The notes: a model not told the origin generated them from the letters alone. Positions 40,779-56,875 are shown, numbered from the stretch's first letter. The stretch is 64,000 nucleotides of DNA from Dehalococcoidia bacterium (GCA_965219085.1 OZ244720.1:192001-256000); one strand, 5' to 3'. Program-made: numbers and translations.

Positions 40779-41195
40779 ATGCAAGTCGATGCCTTCATGA
40801 TCGCGAGGGCCGCCGAGGTGCACGACCGCCTGCTGTACGCGCTCGCAGCAGGATGGACACGTTGCTGGCCCGGGCCGGGCCAGCGGTACCCATACCTGAC
40901 CAACCTCTCCGTGTTCGCGTCCGTCCGCGTCGACCCGGCCGAGATGGACGGGGAGCACCGCTTCGCGGTGACCGCGCGCGATCCCGACGAGGTACTCCTC
41001 GGGCCCGCTCCCATTGAAGGCTCGTTCGTTTGCGCCAGAGACCGTAGCGGCGGGGAAGAGATGAGCCAGTTGGTTCACGTCAACGCAACGCTTCGTGTCG
41101 AGTTTCCTCACCCAGGCGTGTACTCGCTCGTCCTCAGCCTCGACGGCGCTGAAGCGCACCGCATCCAGATCGCCGCGCTAGCCGGTGCGCCGTAG
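40779..41195 (+). CDS. DUF6941-like protein
   Basis: [22 protein letters not shown] and F..PGVY...L.LDG patterns. Confidence 0.65.
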   Translation: MQVDAFMIARAAEVHDRLLYALAAGWTRCWPGPGQRYPYLTNLSVFASVRVDPAEMDGEHRFAVTARDPDEVLLGPAPIEGSFVCARDRSGGEEMSQLVHVNATLRVEFPHPGVYSLVLSLDGAEAHRIQIAALAGAP

Positions 41196-41296
41196 GTCCC
41201 GGCCACTGGCAGACCCCGCCCACCCCGGCTACGCTTGATACCCGCGCGCGCATTCGAGCGCGCTGGACTCCCCCTCGCCGCAATCGAGGTGATCCC

Positions 41297-44293
<2,997 letters not shown>

Positions 44294-44301
44294 CCGCAGG
44301 G

Positions 44302-44348
44302 TTGCCAGACCCTGCCCGTACCCCTAATCTGAAAGAACGCGCGTTCTT
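44302..44348 (+). promoter_or_regulatory. Sigma70 promoter with LexA (SOS) box
   Basis: TTGCCA (44302-44307), 17 nt, TAATCT (44325-44330), then the palindrome AAGAACGCGCGTTCTT (44333-44348). Confidence 0.7.
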
Positions 44349-44380
44349 ACCACTAGCAGCTACCTGCGCGGGAGAAAGTA

Positions 44381-44608
44381 ATGAGCCAATCAACGAACGG
44401 CGGTGGGGATCGCGAGGGAACTCCCGCCAACCGGATGGTGGACTTGAGAGAAGCCGCCCGAAAGGGTGTGGAGACGATCGACTTGGGCGACGTTGCTCCG
44501 ACAAAGCCAACCAACTTGAACCCGTTCGAGACGACCAAGCCAATCGAGCCGCCAGCGCAGACCAGTCCCCCAGACGCTTCTGCTAGCGAGGACACCGAGA
44601 GCGACTAG
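44381..44608 (+). CDS. Small Pro/Thr/acidic hypothetical protein (75 aa)
   Basis: GGAG RBS upstream of ATG; first ORF after the LexA-box promoter. Confidence 0.6.
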   Translation: MSQSTNGGGDREGTPANRMVDLREAARKGVETIDLGDVAPTKPTNLNPFETTKPIEPPAQTSPPDASASEDTESD

Positions 44609-44616
44609 AGCAAACG

Positions 44617-45320
44617 GTGCCTGCCACGCTCGAGGCCGCCGCAGTCATCGCGATCTTCGTCGTTCCCGGGTTCGTGGGATTCTATGTCTCTCGCGAATTG
44701 ACGCCCTTCCGATCCGGCAGGTCTCCGATGTTGAAATGGTGCTGCTCAGCAGCGCCCTCGCAACGGTGATACTCACTGTCGAGATCATGGTGTACGGGGG
44801 GATCTCGCTGTTAGCCTCCGACTACCCCTTGCTGGCGGGGTTCTCAGTCGACGAGATCCGCGACCCGGGCTACCGCGCTGCATTCCAAGAGCACCCCGCC
44901 CGCGTAGCCGGCGGCTTCAGCGTCCAATTCGTCCTGCATTGCGTGATCGTGGGTGTCTTTGGATGGAAGGATCCGCTGGGTAAGAGACTCGAACGAACGC
45001 GCCGCGCGAGGGGCACTTCCGCCGAGGACGTGTGGAGCCGCGGACTGATCGGCCTGCGCCAAGAAGAAGGGCTTCCCTCCACGTACGTCCGGGCCGTACT
45101 TGAAACGGGCGAGACGTACACGGGGATCCTTTCGAAGATCAGTAACTCACCACACGACGATGGGAACCGTGACCTCGTCCTGCAGGCCGTGAGCAAGTCC
45201 GCTTCACCCGAGGAGCGACCCATGCCCCTGCATCCGGAACGCCCTCAAGACACTGTCGTCGCCCTCTCGACCAGGAACATTCGAGCAGTCGAGGCGATCT
45301 TCCACGACCAGTTCGAGTAA
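44617..45320 (+). pseudogene. DUF6338-like membrane protein, frameshifted near the 5' end
   Basis: MPATLEAAAVIAIFVVPGF N-terminus is out of frame with RQVSDVEMVLL...DVW...YVRAVLETGETYTG...DLVL; shift near 44710-44716. Confidence 0.65.
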
Positions 45321-45402
45321 CGACCGCCCACGCGGCCTCACCCGAACTGGCCGATTCGTCGGTACGAGGGATCAGCGCGCCGTTCGACGCGCCGTGGCCT
45401 CC

Positions 45403-45912
45403 CTACCAGAACTTCCACCACGGCTTGCCGCCGCCCGCCGACACCATGCCCGCCGTCAGGCGCGCCGTGCCAACGGAGCGCTCCACGGCCTCCTGGCTGG
45501 CCCGGGGCACGTTCTCGACATGCCGGGGAATGAGTTCGTACAGCACGTCCATGTCTTCGGGCGTGAAGCGGTCGCGGGCGACCGTCTGCACCAGCGCTGC
45601 GTGGTGCATCGCCATTGCGCCCGGGACGCGCTCGAACGCCTTGTCGTAGGCGTTCGCCACGTCCTGCGCGCGGCTGAGGTTGTCGCCGGCAAGGCTCATC
45701 CACGATCGCAGACGGGCCTCGGTGAAGTCGGCCAGTTGCTCGTCCTCGAGCGTGTACTCGGCGCGGATCATCGACTCGGCCTGCTGCTCGCGCGCAGCCA
45801 ACTCGTGCCCGGCCAGTGCCTCGAAGCGCTGCTGCATCTGGGAGACGCGAGCGTCCCCCTCCGTGCCACTGAGTTCCGACCACGTCATGTCCGGTTGCGG
45901 TTCGTTCGTCAT
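45403..45912 (-). CDS. Hypothetical protein ending in KPWWKFW
   Basis: RBS AGAGG, good codon bias. Confidence 0.75.
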   Translation of the reverse strand: MTNEPQPDMTWSELSGTEGDARVSQMQQRFEALAGHELAAREQQAESMIRAEYTLEDEQLADFTEARLRSWMSLAGDNLSRAQDVANAYDKAFERVPGAMAMHHAALVQTVARDRFTPEDMDVLYELIPRHVENVPRASQEAVERSVGTARLTAGMVSAGGGKPWWKFW

Positions 45913-45992
45913 CGCCTCTTCCTTCCCGCGCGGGCAGAACACGGTACGCTCCACACGAGAGCGGGCCAACCCTGCTGGCGGGAAGGTAACAA

Positions 45993-46532
45993 ATGGCGAC
46001 CTTCCATCTCCACCTCCCCGACGCGCGCATCGTCGCGCTGGCCATCACCTACCACCTCGGCCGCCCCGGATCGGAGACCGACGCGGCCACGCTGCAGCGC
46101 CACTCGCTCGGCCTCGGACCCGTCCTCGAAGCCCTCGGACCGCAGCTCGGCGCCGCTGCCGGGGAGTCCGAGCTCGTCGAGCTGGAGCTGTCGGCGTACC
46201 AGGTCACCCGGCTCGGGGCGGCGCTGCACGGGACGGTCAACGAGCTCAAGCAGTTCGGCATGGCCGGCGGCCGATCGGCCGTACCGGGGTTCGCCGAGGC
46301 GTTCGGGCGCCTGTTTCCGGACGCCACCGACGGCGAACTCGGAGCCGGCGCGCTGGACCTCGTCCCTCACGCCGTGGGCCTGCGCCGCCGCCTCGCGGCC
46401 GCCGTCCGCGAGGCGGAGGCGGAGGTCGAGGCCGCCCAGGAGGCCGCGCGCGTCGAGGCGCAACGACAGCAGCGGGGCCGCCTGGGACGGCTGCGGGCGC
46501 GCCTCGCGGGATTGCTGGGGTCGCGCGGCTGA
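45993..46532 (+). CDS. Hypothetical protein (179 aa)
   Basis: AAGG RBS, good codon bias, basic amphipathic C-terminus. Confidence 0.75.
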   Translation: MATFHLHLPDARIVALAITYHLGRPGSETDAATLQRHSLGLGPVLEALGPQLGAAAGESELVELELSAYQVTRLGAALHGTVNELKQFGMAGGRSAVPGFAEAFGRLFPDATDGELGAGALDLVPHAVGLRRRLAAAVREAEAEVEAAQEAARVEAQRQQRGRLGRLRARLAGLLGSRG

Positions 46533-46632
46533 TAGCACGCGGTCGGCGCTTGTTCGCCAGTCCGCCCGTATCTAGACTGGCAGCGCGCGGAACGGCGCAG
46601 CGGATCACGGACACGAAGGGACCGCCAGCCGG

Positions 46633-46908
46633 ATGACGTACTACATCACCCAGCCGTGCATCGACGTGATGGACCAGTCGTGCGTGGACGTCTGTCCCGT
46701 CGACTGCATCCACTTCGAGGAAGGGGCCGATCGCATGCTCTATATCGACCCCGACGAGTGCATCGACTGCGGCGCTTGCGAGCCCGCCTGCCCGGTGGAC
46801 GCGATCTATGCCGAGGATGACCTCCCCGACGACCAGTCCTCCTTCGCCGAGATCAACGTCGTCTGGTTCCAGGACCGTGACGACGCGCGCTCGAAGGTGC
46901 CCGCCTGA
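46633..46908 (+). CDS. Ferredoxin (FdxA-type dicluster)
   Basis: [17 protein letters not shown] and [12 protein letters not shown]. Confidence 0.93.
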   Translation: MTYYITQPCIDVMDQSCVDVCPVDCIHFEEGADRMLYIDPDECIDCGACEPACPVDAIYAEDDLPDDQSSFAEINVVWFQDRDDARSKVPA

Positions 46909-46937
46909 GCCGCTAACTCGCCCGGTTCCGGGAGTGC

Positions 46938-46967
46938 AGAAGCGCCGCTTGTGCGGCGCTTCTTGTT
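46938..46967 (+). terminator. Intrinsic terminator after ferredoxin
   Basis: AGAAGCGCCGC-TTGT-GCGGCGCTTCT followed by a T-rich tail. Confidence 0.7.
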
Positions 46968-47006
46968 GTCCCACGCGGTCCGCGGCCCGGGCGCGAACGG
47001 TCCCGG

Positions 47007-47819
47007 TCAGGGGGCCTGGTTGCCCTCCAGCATCGGCAAGTCGTCGTGGTGCAGGAATTCGCGGTGCTCCTGCACCGGGTGGGACTCCAGCCGCACGCCG
47101 CCGTGCGGCTCCAGGTAGACGAGCAGGACCGCGCCCCCCGTCTTGCCCGCGAGGCCGTCGGGCGCGCCCGAGTAGGCCGCCACGGTGTTGTCGCCCGCGT
47201 TCACGCGTGTCTGCTGCTCCCAGTGACCGAGCGCGATGTAGTCGTGGTCGAGCACCGCGAGGTGTTCCTCGTAGATGTGGTAGGAGCTATGCGTCCCGGC
47301 GCGCGGGTGCAGGAAGTGGCCGTGGCCGATACCGATGTGCCAGTCCGCGTCGCCTCGCAACGGTGCATCGCCGAAGGGGCTGAAGTCCGCATCGAGGTGG
47401 CTGCGGCCCCACAACTCGACGCTGAGCTCGGGGAGCGTGACGGTCTCGCCGTCGGCCTCGCGCATCAGAATCAGGTTCGGGGCCATGTGCGTGAGGTCGA
47501 GCCGGTCGTACACAGAGCCGGGCCCGACGTGGTCGTGGTTGCCGGGCAGCAGCACCACCGGGCCCGGCACGCGTCGCAGCTGCTCGGCCGCGAACTCCAT
47601 CGTGTCCTCGCGGACACGAGCGTTATCAAAGAAGTCGCCGGCGATGATCATGAAGTCGACCTCGAACTGGATCGTCAGGTCGACCACCGCGGTGAAGGTG
47701 TCGTGCATCTCCTGGCGGCGCCGCACCGAGCGCTCCTGGTGACTGTGGTCGTACGCACCGAGGTGTACGTCCGAGGTGTGCAGGAATCGCAGTGCGCGCC
47801 GTTCCGCGCTGCTGTTCAC
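47007..47819 (-). CDS. Metallophosphoesterase, SbcD/Mre11-like
   Basis: FLHTSDVHLG, IAGDFFD, PGNHD, YIALGHWE. Confidence 0.85.
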   Translation of the reverse strand: MNSSAERRALRFLHTSDVHLGAYDHSHQERSVRRRQEMHDTFTAVVDLTIQFEVDFMIIAGDFFDNARVREDTMEFAAEQLRRVPGPVVLLPGNHDHVGPGSVYDRLDLTHMAPNLILMREADGETVTLPELSVELWGRSHLDADFSPFGDAPLRGDADWHIGIGHGHFLHPRAGTHSSYHIYEEHLAVLDHDYIALGHWEQQTRVNAGDNTVAAYSGAPDGLAGKTGGAVLLVYLEPHGGVRLESHPVQEHREFLHHDDLPMLEGNQAP

Positions 47820-49177
47820 GCGACACCCCCTTCCGGTTGCAGCTCATCGATGCGCTGCCGCAGTGCCTCCACCAGCCCGCTGATGGGCACCCGAATCTGC
47901 GACATGGTATCCCGATCCCGGATGGTTGCGGCATCGTCGTCGAGACTGTCGAAGTCGACCGTCACGCACAGCGGTGTGCCGACCTCGTCCTGGCGCCGGT
48001 AGCGGCGCCCGATCGACTGTGCGTCGTCGAACTGGGTGCGGAAGTGCGGCCGCAGCGCATCCCACACCCCTCGCGCCGTCGGCGCGAGGCGCTCGTTGCG
48101 CGACAGCGGCAGCACGGCGACCGTTACGGGCGCCACATGCGGCGCGAGCCGCAGCAGCACGCGCTTCTCGCCGCGGTCGTCGATCTCCTCGTCGTACGCG
48201 TCGACGAGGAGCGTGAGCAGGATGCGGTCGACGCCGGCCGCCGGTTCGACGACGTGCGGGACGATGTGCTCCTCGCGTTGTGGGTCGAAGTACGACAGCG
48301 TCTTGCCGGACGCCTCGGCGTGCGCGCTCAGGTCGAAGTCGCCACGGTGTGCGATGCCTTCGAGTTCGCCCCAGCCCCACGGGTACAGGTACTCGACGTC
48401 CGAGGTCGCGCTCGAGTAGTGCGAGAGCTCCTCGGGCGTGTGGTCGCGGAGCCGTAGCCGGTCCGGGCGCACGCCGAGCGAGTGGTACCAGGCGAGGCGC
48501 TCCTGCTTCCAGTACTCGTGTTGCGCGATCGAGTCGGCGGGGTCGCAGAAGTACTCCATCTCCATCTGCTCGAACTCGAGCATCCGGAACGTGAAGTGCC
48601 CCGTCGTGATCTCGTTGCGGAACGACTTCCCGACCTGCGCGATGCCGAACGGCAGCCGCCGCCGGGTGCTCTGCAGCACGTTGTCGAAGTTCACGAACAT
48701 GCCTTGCGCCGTCTCCGGGCGCAGGTACGCCGTTGCCGCGTCGTCCTGCACCGCGCCGACGAGCGTGCGGAACAGCAGGTTGAACTGCCGCTCCTCCGTG
48801 AACCGTCCGACCGCGCCGCAGACCGGACACGTGTCGTCCTCGATGTGGTCGGCGCGCACGCGCGAGCGGCACTCGAGGCAGTCGACGAGCGGGTCGGTGA
48901 AGCCGTCAACGTGCCCGGAGGCCTTCCAGACGGCGGGGTTGGTGATGATCGCCGCCTCGATGCCGACGACGTCGCTGCGCTCCTGGACCATCCGCCGCCA
49001 CCACAGTTCGCGGATGTTGCGCTTCATCTCGACGCCGAGCGGGCCGTAGTCGTAGGTGGAGGCGAAGCCGCCGTAGATCTCGGCCGAGGGGAAGACGAAG
49101 CCTCGCCGCTTTGCCAGCGAGATCAACGTCTCCAACTCGACATTGGCGGCCACAGCCTCCGCGGGAGCCTCAGTCAC
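47816..49177 (-). CDS. glyQS: Glycine--tRNA ligase (homodimeric type)
   Basis: YDYGPLG, YLRPETAQG, GKSFRNEIT, EFEQMEME, ELEGIAHR, IGRRYRRQDE. Confidence 0.96.
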   Translation of the reverse strand: MTEAPAEAVAANVELETLISLAKRRGFVFPSAEIYGGFASTYDYGPLGVEMKRNIRELWWRRMVQERSDVVGIEAAIITNPAVWKASGHVDGFTDPLVDCLECRSRVRADHIEDDTCPVCGAVGRFTEERQFNLLFRTLVGAVQDDAATAYLRPETAQGMFVNFDNVLQSTRRRLPFGIAQVGKSFRNEITTGHFTFRMLEFEQMEMEYFCDPADSIAQHEYWKQERLAWYHSLGVRPDRLRLRDHTPEELSHYSSATSDVEYLYPWGWGELEGIAHRGDFDLSAHAEASGKTLSYFDPQREEHIVPHVVEPAAGVDRILLTLLVDAYDEEIDDRGEKRVLLRLAPHVAPVTVAVLPLSRNERLAPTARGVWDALRPHFRTQFDDAQSIGRRYRRQDEVGTPLCVTVDFDSLDDDAATIRDRDTMSQIRVPISGLVEALRQRIDELQPEGGVA

Positions 49178-49351
49178 GCCTCACCTCGCGCTACCGTCTC
49201 GATACCTGCGCGCCGCTGGCGGCGGCCGTGGCATCGATCGTCGTCGTTCGCATGAGCCGAACCGGCTCCGCGCGATCATACGTGGCGCGCAGCGTAGCCG
49301 CCGGTGCTAGCATGATCGAGAAGCACACTCCCCGGTGACCGGAGTTCGACC

Positions 49352-49468
49352 ATGATGCGCTTGATGATGTTCCTGCTGCTCGGCGTCGCGGTTGGCCTTG
49401 CGGCCGCGCTCTACATCTCCGCCCGCGACGAGCTGGAGGCCGAGGGATCAAGCGAGGCGGGCGACTAA
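49352..49468 (+). CDS. Small single-TM protein (38 aa)
   Basis: TGnTAGCAT extended -10, GGAG RBS; MMRLMMFLLLGVAVGLAAALYISARDELEAEGSSEAGD; below the ORF-track size cutoff. Confidence 0.6.
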   Translation: MMRLMMFLLLGVAVGLAAALYISARDELEAEGSSEAGD

Positions 49469-49546
49469 CCCGCCTCGCTCGCTACTGCCTGCTCACCGTC
49501 CGGCCCCCTGAGCGGGCGCCGGGCGGGCCTTTTCGATGACTCCGCT

Positions 49547-51601
<2,055 letters not shown>

Positions 51602-51758
51602 GATTCGTTCCCCCCGTGCACCGGATTCCCGCGGAAATCTGCGAGCAACATTGACGCCGCGATACTAAACGCGCCCGCTCGCGCACGCGAGCGCGCAGGG
51701 CCCCGAAGCTCCCATAGCGAGCGGGCTTGCGCGGATCGTGCATACCTGAGCGCGACGC

Positions 51759-52097
51759 TCAGTCAGACACCGAGTCCGGCAATTCGCCCTCCCGCGCGGC
51801 GTCGATCATCTCGCGCGTGTCGTCGGGGATGTCGAGGCCGTACTCCTCGAAGCGCTGCTCGACCCACTGGCCGATCTGGCGCGGGTCGCGGTACTCGCCG
51901 CCGTCTCCCGGCGACCCGTGCTCGTCGACGACATCCTGTGCAGTCTTCAGCCGCGCAACCTGCGACATCACGCGACTGAGCTCAGCCGAGCCGCAATGCT
52001 CGCAGCGTTGCTCGGCCGGCGCCTCCTGGCGCATCGAGCGCAGGAACACGCTCGTCACCTGCTCACAGTCGTCGCAGCGGTACTCGTAGATCGGCAT
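51759..52097 (-). CDS. FmdB family zinc-ribbon protein
   Basis: MPIYEYRCDDC...CEHCGS..LSRVMS. Confidence 0.88.
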   Translation of the reverse strand: MPIYEYRCDDCEQVTSVFLRSMRQEAPAEQRCEHCGSAELSRVMSQVARLKTAQDVVDEHGSPGDGGEYRDPRQIGQWVEQRFEEYGLDIPDDTREMIDAAREGELPDSVSD

Positions 52098-52125
52098 CCA
52101 GCGGTGCGAGGCGCGGCCGGGCGGC

Positions 52126-52542
52126 CTACGCCTGCTCCTTCGCCTGGCGGTCGAACTCGGCCTGCGCGCGCCGGTCCTGGACCCGGTGCTGGAAGGAGTG
52201 CCCCGCGTCGAAGCGGTCGACGGGGTCCTCGCCCGCCTCGGCCTGCTCGGCGAGTTCGCGGTAGTTGGTGCCGAGGGCTTCGTCGTACTCGGCGCCGGCG
52301 CGGCGCGCCCAGCGCGCGAAGCTCTTCTCGTCGCCATCCTGCAACGCGGCCTGCTGCGCCTCCATGTCGACCTCCTCGAGGCGCTGCGAGCCGGTGCGGT
52401 GTCGCGCGAACATGGACATCACGCGCGTCAGCTCCGTGCTCGCGCACTGCGGGCACGACGCGTTGTCCATGCTCGCCGCCGAGCGGTGGAGCACCTCGAC
52501 GCGTTCGCCGCAGCCGTCGCAGTCGTACTGGTAAATCGGCAT
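52126..52542 (-). CDS. FmdB family zinc-ribbon protein
   Basis: MPIYQYDCDGC...CPQCAS..LTRVMS. Confidence 0.88.
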   Translation of the reverse strand: MPIYQYDCDGCGERVEVLHRSAASMDNASCPQCASTELTRVMSMFARHRTGSQRLEEVDMEAQQAALQDGDEKSFARWARRAGAEYDEALGTNYRELAEQAEAGEDPVDRFDAGHSFQHRVQDRRAQAEFDRQAKEQA

Positions 52543-52614
52543 GGCGGGAGTGTAGCCGCCGCGCGCTATGTCTGGGTACTCATCGCGCGCCGCGCTGGGG
52601 CAGGCCCGCCCCGC

Positions 52615-52995
52615 TCATCCCTCGACGGCGTTGACGACGTGCTCGAACGACGCCACCGAGCCGTCCTCGCCGAGGTCGATCGCGACCACGTCGATGCGCT
52701 GCTGCTCGGGGAGCTCCGGGTGCTCGGCGGCGTACGCCAGCGCGAGGTCGCGCAGGCGGCGTTGCTTCGCCGGGCTCAGCGCCTCGATCGCCCGCCCGGC
52801 ATGGCCCGGGCGCCGCAACTTCACCTCGACGAACACGAGCGTGCCGCCCTCGACGGCCCCGTCGAGGGCCACGAGGTCGACCTCGCCCTCGCGACGCCGC
52901 ACGTTGCGCGCGATCAACTCGTAGCCGCGCCCTCGCAGGTAGTCGGCGGCGAGCCGCTCACCGGAGCGGCCAAGGCGGTCGGTCGGCCTCGTCAT
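52615..52995 (-). CDS. YraN family (UPF0102) protein
   Basis: LGRSGE.LAA.YL, GEVDLVA, LVFVEVK, RIDVVAI. Confidence 0.9.
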   Translation of the reverse strand: MTRPTDRLGRSGERLAADYLRGRGYELIARNVRRREGEVDLVALDGAVEGGTLVFVEVKLRRPGHAGRAIEALSPAKQRRLRDLALAYAAEHPELPEQQRIDVVAIDLGEDGSVASFEHVVNAVEG

Positions 52996-53002
52996 GGTGT
53001 CG

Positions 53003-53707
53003 TCAGACGGCGCGCCCCGCGGCGGCAGACGCGATCCTGACCGACCGGGCGCGGAGCGCGTCGAGCACGGGCGCGAAGAGCAGGCGGTGCACGCTCGAGG
53101 GGCCAAGCTCGCGCAGGGCCCGCCTGTGGTCGGCGGTCGCGTAGCCCTTGTTGCTCGCGAAGCCGTAGCCGGAGAAGCGGGCGTCGAGGCCGTCCATCAT
53201 CGCGTCGCGCGCGACCTTCGCGACGATGCTCGCCGCGGCCACCGAGGGGCACAGCGCGTCGCCGTCGATGACGGCGCGCTGCGGCGCATCGCACTCGACG
53301 ACCTCTCGCCCGTCGACGATGAGCGCGTCGGGCGGCGTGGGGAGGGCGAGCACCGCGCGTCGCATCGCGAGTCGCGTCGCGCGCGTCATGCCGAGTTGGT
53401 CGATGACGTGCGGCGAGACGACGCCGATGCCCCAGTCGCAGTGCGCGCGCACCTCGGCGGCGAGTTCCTCGCGCGTCGGCGCGTCGAGGAGCTTCGAGTC
53501 GCGCAGCCGCCCGACCCAGCGCGCCCGCGAGTACGGCAACACGACGGCGCCGGCGACGACCGGCCCGGCGAGCGGCCCGCGCCCCACCTCATCGACGCCC
53601 GCGACGCGTGCAAACCCCTCGCGCCAGATCGCGTTCTCGACCTGCCACGTGGGTTTGGCGGTGCGTCGGGGCTTGAGTTGGGGCAGCAGGGGTTTCGAGG
53701 TGGCCAC
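53003..53707 (-). CDS. rnhB: Ribonuclease HII
   Basis: AGVDEVGRGPLAGPV, LRDSK, AAASIVAKVARD, NKGY. Confidence 0.95.
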   Translation of the reverse strand: MATSKPLLPQLKPRRTAKPTWQVENAIWREGFARVAGVDEVGRGPLAGPVVAGAVVLPYSRARWVGRLRDSKLLDAPTREELAAEVRAHCDWGIGVVSPHVIDQLGMTRATRLAMRRAVLALPTPPDALIVDGREVVECDAPQRAVIDGDALCPSVAAASIVAKVARDAMMDGLDARFSGYGFASNKGYATADHRRALRELGPSSVHRLLFAPVLDALRARSVRIASAAAGRAV

Positions 53708-53964
53708 GCGGCATCCTAGGCACGGCTATACCGATCGGGCAAGTGAGTGGTTGTCTGCCGGTTAGGGTCGCGTCGGTGGTCTCGCTATCCTCGCCCGATA
53801 GGCGCAGTCAGAGCTCCATGTGGTGCTGGAACGCCGGCGACGCGCCGAGCCAACGCGCCCGGCACAAACGGGCCCGGTGCTACACTGGACTCGGACCCAG
53901 CGGGGGGTATGCCACGGCGGATGGGGGAACATCCCAGCCCGCCGTGTGGGAACGACGGAGCGCG

Positions 53965-55947
<1,983 letters not shown>

Positions 55948-55994
55948 CCAACGTCACCCGACACGCACGAGAACGGGATCTTCGAGGTCCCGTT

Positions 55995-56040
55995 GCTCTG
56001 TGCGGCTCTCTGCGGCTCTGTGCAGCTCTGTGCGCCTCTC
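55995..56040. repeat. Tandem 10-nt repeat (GCTCTGTGCG, about 4.5 copies)
   Basis: gctctgtgcg gctctctgcg gctctgtgca gctctgtgcg cctctc, between convergent ftsH and dedA. Confidence 0.8.
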
Positions 56041-56053
56041 GGGATGCGAGCGG

Positions 56054-56776
56054 CTACGCGCCTCGATCGTCGCGGGCGGTCTCAGTCGGCTCGGCTGTTG
56101 CCTCGGCCTCGGCCTCGGCACGGACTCGGCCGTAGGCGCGCGAGTACTCGCGGCGGAAGAGCACGTAGAGGGCGACCGCGACTGCCGCGAGGCCGAGGCG
56201 CAGCGCGGGATGGTGCTCGAGCGTGCCCTCCTCGGTCAGCACGGCCTGGCCGAGCAGCCATCCGGCGCCGACCCAGCCCGTGTTGGAGATGACCGCGCCG
56301 AGGTAGTCGAGGGGCATCCACACGCGCAGCGGCAACCGCAGCGCGCCCGCGCCCACCGCGCCGACCGCCCGCGTCCACGGGCTGAAGTGGTAGAAGGGGA
56401 TCAGCCACCGCGCGCGCCCCTCCATGACCGCGCGCCCCGCGCGCAGGTGGGTGCCGAACCGCGACGCCTCGAGCCGCGTGCCGCCCCAGCGCCCGATCGC
56501 GTAGGAGATCGTGTCACCCGTGATGGTGCCGGCGATCGCGAGCGCCCAGACGAGGCCGATGGGCGTCCCATGCTCGCCCGCGAACGCGCCGCCGAGGAAG
56601 ATCATCACCGTGCCCGGGAACACCCACCCGAGGCCCACCGTCGCCTCGATGAGCGCAGCGAGGTACACCATCGGCGAGCCGTAGCGGTCGTAGAGCGCCT
56701 TCATCGCGAGGAAGCCCTGGTCGGCGACCCAGTTGAGGAAGTCGTACGGGGCCGTGAGGATGTCTACGAATTCCAC
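56054..56776 (-). CDS. DedA family membrane protein
   Basis: IEATVGLGWVFPG, GDTISYAIGR, AGALRLP. Confidence 0.85.
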   Translation of the reverse strand: MEFVDILTAPYDFLNWVADQGFLAMKALYDRYGSPMVYLAALIEATVGLGWVFPGTVMIFLGGAFAGEHGTPIGLVWALAIAGTITGDTISYAIGRWGGTRLEASRFGTHLRAGRAVMEGRARWLIPFYHFSPWTRAVGAVGAGALRLPLRVWMPLDYLGAVISNTGWVGAGWLLGQAVLTEEGTLEHHPALRLGLAAVAVALYVLFRREYSRAYGRVRAEAEAEATAEPTETARDDRGA

Positions 56777-56875
56777 TGTGGTTCCTCGGCGCTACGGGGA
56801 GTGCGCCGCCGTTCGTTGACGCTGCGCGACGGCCCGCCCTAGGATCGACCGATAGCCCGACTGGCGGAAGGCCGT

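Noticed and set aside
45936-45948. AGAACACGGTAC as a second LexA box
   Set aside because: Spacing is N3 rather than N4 and the right half-site is imperfect
49178-49350. T-box or Gly-rich leader peptide upstream of glyQS
   Set aside because: No T-box antiterminator consensus; the short upstream ORF has only one Gly codon
51759-52542. Additional selenoproteins among the FmdB, ferredoxin, NfuA and HIT genes
   Set aside because: All Cys motifs are encoded by Cys codons and no conserved-looking reading continues past their stops
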